A stretch of 62,073 nt of DNA, counting the filler, from Trichosphaerium sp. ATCC 40318 (Eukaryota > Protista > Tubulinea), in the NCBI GenBank assembly GCA_038496445.1. It is 3 parts of 3 records of this genome, joined end to end, with 100 filler letters (N's around TTAATTAATTAA, not from the genome) between each part and the next. Parts side by side here need not be neighbours in the genome. Positions count along the whole stretch, not along the records: positions 1 to 20,724 come from JALMLS010000515.1; positions 20,825 to 44,643 come from JALMLS010000614.1; 1 more part is not named here. One strand, 5' to 3'. Each line of letters opens with the position of its first letter. Positions within the stretch are counted from its first letter, which is position 1. Both the position numbers and the translations under genes were made by a program. The notes beneath the pieces are model-generated. The model saw only the letters and a program-made list of their open reading frames with translations. It did no database searches and had not been told where the DNA came from. Positions 12,569-22,738 of the stretch are shown one piece after another.

Positions 12569-13398
12569 AGGTTGGAGTCGCTAGAGGGTAGTTTAACAAT
12601 TTTGCTGGGTGAGTCAATGAGAAAAGGCTCGTAAGGGTCTACTGTATCTACATGAGTTACTTTACGACGTTTGGCGGGAGGAGAGGAAGTACTTGCGTTA
12701 TTATCAGTGCCGTCAGAATATTCTGCTTTGCGAGAGGTTTTTTCGAAAAAGGTGATGGTAATGGAGTCATTACCCGAAGGTATAACAACTCTACCAGGGC
12801 CAGTGAGTTTAGGACATACAGCAAGGAGATCGACATAAATGGTTTCACCAGGGATATTGCGGATGGATACACGGTGAATAGAGCCAACATGTGCGTGGTA
12901 CGACATTTCTAAGAACTTTTGGAAAAGTTGGGGGGTAATGTTAACCGGGATACCATGGAATACAATAGTTTGCGCTGGAGGAGCTTTGGCGGAGGAAGTG
13001 TAAGCGATACCATCATGAAAACATCTGAAAATTTGGGATGGGTATGAGATACGGATATTAGCAAACGACTTTAAAATCCACCCTTCTGAGGTGTTTTTAA
13101 TGGTCGTGAGCCCTTGGTCGATGGAGTTGAGAAATTCATCAGGATCTTGAAATAATGGCGTGATAGCGGTACGTAGGAACGTAGGAAAGTCAGGAGCTAA
13201 GTTTTTGTTGACTCTAACAGCTGTAAAGGTGAGATTTGGGTCATTGAGGTTATCCGCCGTAACAGCGGTTCCATTAGGCAAGTTAGGGGTACCAAGAGCA
13301 ATAATAGTGACGATAATGGTGGTTTGGGCAGTATTAGCTAGCAGGGCGGACCAACCTTGTAGTACTGTTTCATTCGGATTAGTCTGTGGAGCCGCCAT
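12565..13398 (-). CDS. LINE ORF1 protein
   Basis: Lies upstream of ORF2; RRM-like TIVFHGIPVNITPQLFQKFL segment; SV40-like NLS PPAKRRKV; its stop overlaps the ORF2 start (ATGA). Confidence 0.8.
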   Translation of the reverse strand: MAAPQTNPNETVLQGWSALLANTAQTTIIVTIIALGTPNLPNGTAVTADNLNDPNLTFTAVRVNKNLAPDFPTFLRTAITPLFQDPDEFLNSIDQGLTTIKNTSEGWILKSFANIRISYPSQIFRCFHDGIAYTSSAKAPPAQTIVFHGIPVNITPQLFQKFLEMSYHAHVGSIHRVSIRNIPGETIYVDLLAVCPKLTGPGRVVIPSGNDSITITFFEKTSRKAEYSDGTDNNASTSSPPAKRRKVTHVDTVDPYEPFLIDSPSKIVKLPSSDSNL

Positions 13399-13803
13399 GG
13401 CAGAGACGTTGCGATGATAGAGTAGTTAAGGAAGGACCTTGGTTGATGGTAAACAGCTTGGTAAAAGTAAAGGATGGTGTAAAGCTAAAGTAGGATTTTG
13501 CAAATTAGATACGAAAGTTGACTTCGCTCAATTTTGTTGGTAAATCTAGTTATTAATAAAGTGAGTCTTTTAAAAGATAGCTTAACCCTAAAATAACGTA
13601 GTGCAATTTCAAGTCAAAGCCTTGCTACTGCATTCACGTGCCATGAATTAGCACGTGTGTGCTGTTACATAGTTATAAACGTTCTAAATCTTTGTGCGGG
13701 GAAGAAAAACACTGGGTGTTACGGAGCGAAAGACAAAAGTCAGAGGACCAAGGTTTTATTCATAACCAAATTGTTAACATAAACAATGAGGATGTATCAC
13801 ATA

Positions 13804-16800
13804 TCAATTGGTACTACTAGTTGAAAGGCGAGCGTGCAAGCTTTGAATTTCAGTTTGTAAACTTTGATTCTCGGCCTCCAGTTTTTTAATCTTCTTCTTC
13901 AAATCAGGTTCTTTGCGGCTGTCAAAAGCACCTAAATCAAGCGAATGTTGCCTAACATCGTTAGCTCATAAATGAGCACATAGTGTACTTACTGTTGAGA
14001 CCTGAGAGGTACGTCATTACCAAATAAAATGACATACAACTTTGGCGCAAAGATAACAGCAAGAGTCACTAAAAGAACAAGATTTAGTAATTACGTCCAA
14101 AGTTGTTTGTGATGTACCTGTTGTACTTATCCAAATTGCAACTGAGAAAAGAATACTCACACTCCTGAGAAGTGATAGTGACGTGATGGCGTATCCCAAA
14201 CCAACAAGTATCAGCGCCCATACAAACATATCATAAATAGCTGCTCCCAACCAACGTGATTCATTATAAATACTTGGAGCCTTACGGACTGCAAACGCAA
14301 GATATGAACCAACAATCAATATTATTCCCTACCACAATTGTTTAATAGAATGAAGTACCAATAGCTTGCGTACATTATAGACAATAGTGATAATCAGAAA
14401 TACGCTAGCATATCTACTCTTGCAGTGCGCAACTTGAAAGCTGCTATCGCCTGGATCTGTTGTGTGCCTGAGCCGGTTTGGAGACATTACTGACCACATA
14501 ATTAAAGCAACCTTAACAAGTTTAAGGATAAACAAAAGTAACAAAAGCGAAACAAACAAAAGCAAGGCATAAGGATACTATCTGACCGCTTATTAATGCA
14601 GCTGTTAGTTTAACAACATCTATTAGAGGCACTGCAACAACATGAGTTGGACATTTCTTGAGGGTGTTAAATATTCTGTGAATTCTGTAAGTTTTCGCCA
14701 CAAGCGGCCTTAAAGTTGTGGTTAGTAGTTCAAACATATTGTAGTTGTACTGAAATAAAGCGTACGCCATAGTAGTAATAAATCCCATCAATGGAATCCA
14801 TATCCGCAACTCACAGATAACATCAGATATAGGAGCACTCCTTTATTGAGTTAGTACAACTTCATAGTACTACTGCCATACCAAACAATTGTGCCACAAT
14901 ACAACAAATATATACCAACAAGGATAACCACAAGTAGTTCTGGTGTTGATGCCGTCAATATTGGTGAAGATTTCCTATTCAAACGTTAGTTAGTGTTGTT
15001 GAGAAAATACGATTTTAATGACATACCAAAAGAATAATACAACAGCGACTACAGACAAAGTTAAAAGCAATCCAAAGCACCCAACTGATATTCCTATTAT
15101 AGTTGCAGCATCACTCCACCTCCAAACCCTTAAGGTTTGTTCTCTTTCCACCATTTGAATTGACACGGAACTATTTGAAAATACAAATGCTGGGGAAAAT
15201 GGAAAAGTACCACTGTATTGGCGCTCAACAATCATGGTTCCATTAAATATAACACTTGACCCTTTAGAGAATTTCATCAAAGGGAATATGTCAAACAGGT
15301 GAACGCATGTTGAAGTAGGTATTGATATGAACAGTGTACCCACTAAACAAAAATAAATCAGGGCTGTAAAATACAAACTTACTAATAGTAATATTTGATT
15401 CAGTGATGGCCAAATAAGACTTGCCCAGTGTAATATTGAACCTGCTTTGAGAGCTAATAAGAATATCTGTAGAGTTTAGGCTTACACGTCCCTACATATT
15501 TGTAAGCAAGTTAACATGACCATACACTTACGTCAACAACTAATGTCGAGTTTTGAAGCATTTCCAAAAAACTGTCTTGCCCATGAACAAACATCTCTGG
15601 TGCAATTCTCAAAGTGCCATATTCGAGGGTAACAATAGTAGTATGAGGGATATATATTGTGCTTGATATTAAACTATGTATGCTAATTGATCCTATTTTT
15701 ACAAGGTTAATAACGTGATCTTTCAACTAAGAAATATACCTCTGTTTTCTATTCCTATGGAATCTATTATCATGCCAGAAACTGAGGAGGTGCAATTCCG
15801 TTTGAGTATGAGCTGTTTCTCGAGGTTAGAAGACGTTCCCTAAATTTAGAAGGATTAAGAAGTGCATGACTTTGTTTCAACAGCAGTACATAAATTCGTC
15901 CACTTTCAGCATTAAAACTCGAATACACTTCCAACACTCCATCCTTCGAAAAATTCAGAAAGCCGTTTTCAATTACCAGATGTTCGACAGTGTCTGATTG
16001 CTCTTTGATCCAATTTGAAAACAGTGGCATACGCAATGTGCTAAATACATTACCTGAACAATATGTCATTAAAACAGCTACAAATAGAAAAGGTACCTCC
16101 AGTAATCCGTGGGAACAAGTCATCAAAATCATCTGGATTGGTATTTTCGAACACGTTGTTTGATACTGTAGTGTTTTTTAAATATCCGTTAGTTATTATA
16201 TCATTTTCAAGACCACTATCGATTGAGATAGCTAGATTCTATCAGCGTTTATTATGGTATATGGTAGTACCTGATCCAGTATTGTTCTTGAATAAGTTAT
16301 TTTCTACTGTAACATTACTTGTTATCAGTCTTAGTGCACCACCTCTATCATCAGCGGTGTTATTACTACAACTACATAAGCACTTTACAGTCATTTATTT
16401 TACCTGAAAGTGCACTCTTGCATTGAGGAACTGGTACTATTCCAGCTGAATAATCCACCACCATCATGAGCAATGTTATTACTACAACTGCATCAGCACT
16501 ATTCATTCATTTTTTATACACTCAATTATACCTGAAAGTGCAGCGTTGCACTAAGAAACTGCCCTCCCCGCTGTATAATCCACCACCAAAATCAGCGATG
16601 TTATTACTACATCTGCATCAGCGCTTTATAGTCATATATTTTACCTGAAAGTGCACTCTTGCATTGAGATGTCCCCGTTGTTGTGTAATCCACCACCATC
16701 ATCATGAGCGATGTTATTACTACATCAGCATCAGCACTTTACATTCATTTATTTTACCTGAAAGTGCAGTCTTGCATTGAGAAACTGGTACTATGCTGAC

Positions 16801-19800
16801 TGGATAATCCACCACCATCATCAGCGGTGTTATTACTACAACTACATAAGCACTATTCATTCGTTTTTTCTACACTCATTTATTTACCTGAAAGTGCAGA
16901 CTTGCATTGAGAAACTGCAATTCCAACTGTATAATCCACCACCATAATGGGCGATGTTATTACTACAACTGTGTCAGCACTTTACAGTCATTTATTTTAC
17001 CTGAAAGTGCAGTCTTCCATTAAGAAACTACCATCCTTACTGTATAATCCACCACCATCATTAGCAATGTTATTACTACAACTGCATCAGCGCTTTACAA
17101 TCTTTTATTTTACCTGAAAGTGGAGTCTTCCATTGAGAAACTGGTACTATGCTGACTGAATAATCCACCACCATCATCAGCGGTGTTATTACTACAACTG
17201 CATCAACACTATTCATTCATTTTTTATACGCTCATTTATTTACCTGAAAGTGCAGTTGTGGATTGAGTAACTGTCTTTGTAGCTGTATAATCCACCACCA
17301 AAATCAGCAGTGTTATTACTACATCTGCATCAGCGCTTTACAATCTTTTATTTTACCTGAAAGTGCAGTCTTCCATTGAGAAACTGGTACTATGCTGACT
17401 GGATAATCCACCACCATCATCAGCGGTGTTATTACTACAACTACATAAGCACTATTCATTCGTTTTTTCTACACTCATTTATTTACCTGAAAGTGCAGTT
17501 GTGGATTGAGTAACTGTCTTTGTAGCTGTATAATCCACCACCAAAATCAGCAGTGTTATTACTACATCTGCATCAGCGCTTTACATTCATTTATTTTACC
17601 TGAAAGTGCAGTCTTCCATTAAGAAACTACCATCCTTACTGTATAATCCACCACCATCATTAGCAATGTTATTACTACAACTGCATCAGCGCTTTACAAT
17701 CTTTTATTTTACCTGAAAGTGCAGTCTTCCATTGAGAAACTGGTACTATGCTGACTGAATAATCCACCACCATCATCATGAGCGATGTTATTACTACAAC
17801 TGCATCAGCGCTTTACAGTCATTTATTTTACCTGAAAGTGCACTCTTGCATTGAGATGTCCCCGTTGTTGTGTAATCCACCACCATCATCATGAGCGATG
17901 TTATTACTACAACTGCATAAGCGCTTTACAGTCATTTATTTTACCTGAAAGTGCAGTCTTCCATTGAGAACCTGGTATTGTACCAACTGTATAATCCACC
18001 ACCATCATGAGCGATGTTATTACTACATCAGCATCAGCGCCTTATAGTCATCAATTTTACCTGAAAGTGCAGTCTTCCATTGAGGAACTGGTACTATGCT
18101 GACTGGATAATCCACCACCAAAATCAGCGGTGTTATTACTACAACTGCATCAACACTATTCATTCATTTTTTATACGCTCATTTATTTACCTGAAAGTGC
18201 AGTTGTGGATTGAGTAACTGTCTTTGTAGCTGTATAATCCACCACCAAAATCAGCAGTGTCTTTGTAGCTGTATAATCCATCACCAGCGATGTTATTACT
18301 ACATCTGCATCAGTGCTTTACATTCATTTATTTTACCTGAAAGTGCACTCTTCCATTGAGAACCTGGTATTGTACCAACTGAATAATCCACCACCATCAT
18401 CATGAGCGATGTTATTACTACATCAGCATCAGCGCCTTATAGTCATCAATTTTACCTGAAAGTGCAGTCTTCCATTGAGAAACTGGTACTATGCCAACTG
18501 AATAATCCACCACCATCATCAGCGGTGTTATTACTACAACTACATAAGCACTATTCATTCGTTTTTTCTACACTCATTTATTTACCTGAAAGTGCAGTCT
18601 TGCATTGAGGAACTGGTACTTTCCACACTTAATAATCCACCACCATCATCACCAGCAATGTTATTACTACAACTGCATCAGCACTATTCATTCGTTTTTT
18701 ATACACTCATTTATTTACCTAAAAGTGCAGCGGCGCACTGAGAAACTGCTAAACCCGCTGTATAATCCACCACCACCATAATTAGCGGTGTTATTACTAC
18801 AACTGCATCAGCGCTTTACATTCATTTATTTTACCTGAAAGTGCAGTCTTCCATTGAGATGTCCCCGTCGTTGTGTAATCCACCACCATAACGAGCAATG
18901 TTATTACTACATCTGCATTAGCACTATACACTCATTTATTTACCTGAAAGTGCAGCGGTGCACTGAGAAACTGCCATCCCCGCTGTATAATCCACCACCA
19001 TCATAATGAGCGGTGTTATTACTACATCAACATCAGCGCTTTACAGCCATTTATTTTACCTGAAAGTGCACTCTTGTATTAAGAAACTGCCATCCTTACT
19101 GTATAATCCACCACCAAAATAAGCGGTGTTATTACTACAACTGCATCAGCGCTTTACAATCTTGTTTTTACCTGAAAGTGCACTCTTGTATTGAGATGTC
19201 CCCATACACAAGCCATACTGCCCCACCATTGGATGTAACTTGGTTGTTTGTAAATTTAGAACCTGAAATGTGTACTGTTGATTCGTTGCTTTGAGATGAT
19301 TCAATTGCTAGAACAATTAGCTCTAAAAAAACACGTGGTAAACCTACCGATTCCTCCACCTAAATGTGCTGAACCAAATAAAAAGCTGCTATTCTTTACA
19401 ATCACATTCACTGTTCCTTCGCCATAAATTTGCCCTTTAACAGTCAGCAACAATTTGTTTTGAAAGCAGCACCTTTGTACACGCGTCCATAGTTGAAGAC
19501 GGAACTTTCAACAACTAGTGATGAGTTGAAAATGCTGACACTTGCTAAGTTTTTTTCAAAATGTACTCTAAAGAGTTATCAGTAAAACTACAAGTTCAAT
19601 TTCCCTACCCTTTCAATGCCATAGAGCCTCCTTGATTTTGTATTATACTTGTAGTACGCTTGCAGTCGAAGCCGCACTTGTTTCGACGAAAAACACAGTC
19701 CCTACGATAGTACCAGTTAGAATAGTAATGGATACTAGAGGATGAAAAAGAAGGTCTTGACGAGATACATGTGAACGAAATAACAGTAACTACTCAAAAA

Positions 19801-20724
19801 ACAATGCGTGGGTTTGCACTACAAATTAGGGCGCATGTTCTATTTCTTTGAAATTCGTTCTTTTGGTGGCCTTTTGTACGACATTTTTGCAAAGAAAACA
19901 GCGTATTTTTAGTCAATCATGGCTAATCAATATCGCGAAAAGTAGTGCAAACCCCGTTAGCTATTCAACTAAAAAAACTGCTTTGCTGTACGCCTGTGTC
20001 CCTTGCTATAAGTTCTTTAAATATTTAAAAACGTAGCTGTTCCTAAAATCGGCAAACCGAACATCAAAAAGCGTAAGCGAAGGGTTACCCTGGTAGTCCT
20101 AAGAAACTTACAAGAGCAGGCTTAGGTTTTCTACGAATAAAGCCACGTGTTTGGTAAAAAAAAAACTCAATTACTTTGCAGTTTTTGCTGTACCTAACGT
20201 CAACGTGCCCACCTCGTATTGTAATTACCGAAGCGATATCACTCCCATCGTTACACTAAAGCGGAGTGTTAATATTATTAAAGTCAGCGTTAATTGTATG
20301 TTGTACGTTAAACCAAGGACACTCCATCTGTGAAATTATAAGGTTTGAGAGTGTAATGTTAACACCAAAAGTCTGAATAAAGTAATTCGAATGTCCACCG
20401 TCAATAATAGTTTCGAAATCACCGCTTCCTATTACGCGTTTTAATACAAAAGCTGGGTACTTTAGTGCGTTGAAGCAAAACCATAAACGTACCTTCAATC
20501 GTAATTTTGGACAGATTCAGAACACTCCACGTGAGGTTGGTATTGTTGTAGCCTTGTACAAAACTATTTAATGATTGAAAACTGTTCTGTCTTACCCACA
20601 TACACTCCAGCACCAAGCTTTATCACGTCATCAGATATCGCCTCAGAAAACAAGGCATATCTCAAGGATTTACATGGATTCAAACGACTACAGTCGCCAT
20701 CATCTATACCTACAATAGTACCGT
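13804..20724 (-). CDS. Family C (GABA-B/Grl-like) 7TM receptor with a Pmp/pectate-lyase-like beta-helix ectodomain; 5' end lies in the gap
   Basis: 7TM_3 motifs PILTASTPELLVVILVG, CELRIWIPLMGF, PLVAKTYRIHRIF, LAFAVRKAPSIYNESRWLGAAIY; C-terminal coiled coil LKKKIKKLEAENQSLQTEIQSL; N-terminal GIDDGDCSRLNPCKSLRYAL...DVIKLGAGVY and many FxNN...GG(A/G)L repeats. Linking the exons at 19840-20724 to this gene is inferred. Confidence 0.82.
16366..19171 (-). repeat. Tandem array of 24 near-identical introns and 23 cassette exons (unit ~110-146 bp)
   Basis: Donor motif (+ strand TACCTGAAAGTG) recurs 24 times from ~16403 to ~19171; introns of ~38 or ~50-52 nt end in GCAGTTGTAG-like acceptors; exons of 72-81 nt (one 108 nt) are all phase 2-2. 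Confidence 0.95.
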
Positions 20725-20824
20725 NNNNNNNNNNNNNNNNNNNNNNNNNNNNNNNNNNNNNNNNNNNNTTAATTAATTAANNNNNNNNNNNNNNNNNNNN
20801 NNNNNNNNNNNNNNNNNNNNNNNN
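20725..20824. other. Artificial assembly spacer (N run with TTAATTAATTAA)
   Basis: 100-bp N block with a central six-frame-stop linker, identical to 44644-44743. Confidence 0.97.
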
Positions 20825-21861
20825 TTGACCTTTTTTGAAGTTGTTAAGGAGAAGCACTCAAATCTTATCTCTTTTAAAAATATCCTCAATAATTACGTAC
20901 TACTTTAGTAGCCTTTGAGGCTTCATGAGTGAGATCGAATACCATATCCAAGTCTGACACTGTCTCTTCAAATTTCACTTTTTTATAGTTGATCAATTCA
21001 TCAGCACCAAAGGCTTTCAATTGCTCTAGTTTTGGAGAGCTTCCTGTTGTGTACACAGTACCAGCATTGAACATCTTCTTTGCTATTTGCAGAGCAAACG
21101 TACCAACACCACCAGCACCGGCTGTGATGAGAACTTTCTGCCCCTTGCTAAAATCTTGTCAATAAAAAAAAAGTGTTGGTTTCTCTTACGCTAAGCTGCC
21201 CTTCTCGAAAGCTTGGTATGCCGTCTGTGCAGCAAGTGGTATAGCAGCAGCTTCAGTCCAGCTTAGTTTAGTTGGTTTTTTAGCAAGAACAGATGCCTTA
21301 CAGACCTGAAAGAACAAAAAGTTAAGAACAGCTATAAGTCAACTTTCTTTCAGCTTCTGACATAATGAAAGCATTTGTGTAAACTAAAGGTATTCGGAAC
21401 GTACCACAAAGTCAGCCATACTTCCGTGTTCTAGAGAACACGTCAGATTTTCTTCGTTTTAAGCATAATGGTTTACGTACGCGTTGGTACAATCGCGTTA
21501 ACATGAACGTTTCCATAAACCGCATCGCCTGCTTTAAATCGTTTGACATCTTTACCAACTTCCTCAACAGTGCCTGCAACGTCATATCTACAGAAAGGTA
21601 AGCCCGAAATGACAGAAACGAAAATAAACACGGAGAAAAAGAGATAAAAGTGATAAACAGTTGTTTTACGTACCCACATACTACCGGCCAGACCTTTTCT
21701 TGAACCAAGCCACCCATACGCTTGTAATCAACAGGGTTTATAGCAGACGCGTATACTTTGATTAGAACATCATCTGGTGCGCTGATTGTTTGTTTTGGTA
21801 CTTGACCAAGTTTTAAAACGTTGATATCTCCAGATTTGTCGTAATGAAGTGCTTTCATCAT
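20825..21861 (-). CDS. NADPH:quinone oxidoreductase / MDR-family enoyl reductase, 3' end in the gap
   Basis: MKALHY, DVLIKVYASAINPVDYK, GYDVAGTVEEVGKDVKRFKAGDAVYG, EAAAIPLAAQTAYQ, KVLITAGAGGVGTFALQIAK, GADELINY. Confidence 0.93.
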
Positions 21862-22738
21862 CTTGAATGCTTGAATAAATGCAATAAGAACACAGACAGT
21901 TTAAGTCTGTATTTTATTGTATAAGCGCAACCTCCATGTGTTTATCTCTGAATTTCATGTGCCTTCCTCGGAAACTGAGTAACTACTCTATTATATTGCC
22001 CTTACTTTAGACTATCGTCACCCACAGTTTGACGCTAAAATATGTCATACAAAGGAATGCCTAAAAAGGATTTCCGCATACGTCATAAAATGTGCGATTT
22101 TCTAGAGTTTAGGAGAAAGAGTAAGATTACAACAAAGCTCAATCAATACACAATGTACCGGTTAGATGGTCTGGCTCGGTTATCAATCACGTGACGGATA
22201 ATCTCTAAGCGAAAACAGTATCCATGAACCGTTTTGGCAATCATTTGATGTACTCAAAAACATACTTGCTATGAATCCCCAGTCGTATTGATGCAATGAG
22301 TAGTTTGCAATCTAGTGGAAAGATACGCTAGACCCAAGCTATCCTGTGTCGACTATCTTATCACTAGCCACTTTCTATCCGCGTCTCTATGGTTTGTTGT
22401 TAGCCTGTTGGGCCTACAAGTAAAGACAACTTAAGACACAGGAAGGAGATAAATTGTAATTACCTAACCGGTCACGTGACCGATTTTGCAGTGGAATTCC
22501 ACTGAAAGCTAAAAACAAATCCCTCTTCGTAGTAGCGAGTACTGGTTGGATAGAAAGACGCTTATTTGGAGTTCGCAACTGCACGTACGACAGAGATGGA
22601 GGAGCCACAACGAAAGCGTTCAGAGTCAATAGAAATGATCAGTTTAGTACGTATTACGCTACCTTTATTTGAAAACTGGGTTTGGCGCAATTAAGCAATA
22701 AAACGGACATTCTAATAGAAGGGCGCAGTCTAACGCCA

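Larger units (their letters stand above)
9110..13750 (-). mobile_element. Full-length non-LTR retrotransposon (LINE, L1/Tx1-like) with ORF1, ORF2, 5' and 3' UTRs and poly(A) tail
   Basis: Two long intronless ORFs in an intron-rich genome; poly(T) at 9110-9121 on + is a poly(A) tail preceded by AATAAA on minus; 5' boundary approximate. Confidence 0.92.

Noticed and set aside
16366-19171. CRISPR-like appearance (conserved repeat plus variable spacer)
   Set aside because: The spacers are homologous to each other, keep reading frame and lie between GT-AG splice sites; eukaryotic context and no cas genes.
9245-19171. Diversity-generating retroelement (RT next to variable repeats)
   Set aside because: The RT is a standard APE-LINE ORF2; repeat variation is not adenine-specific and there is no TR/VR pair. 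The proximity is probably coincidental.
20725-20824. TTAATTAATTAA palindrome within Ns (also 44644-44743)
   Set aside because: Artificial six-frame-stop contig linker; adjacency across it is not biological evidence.
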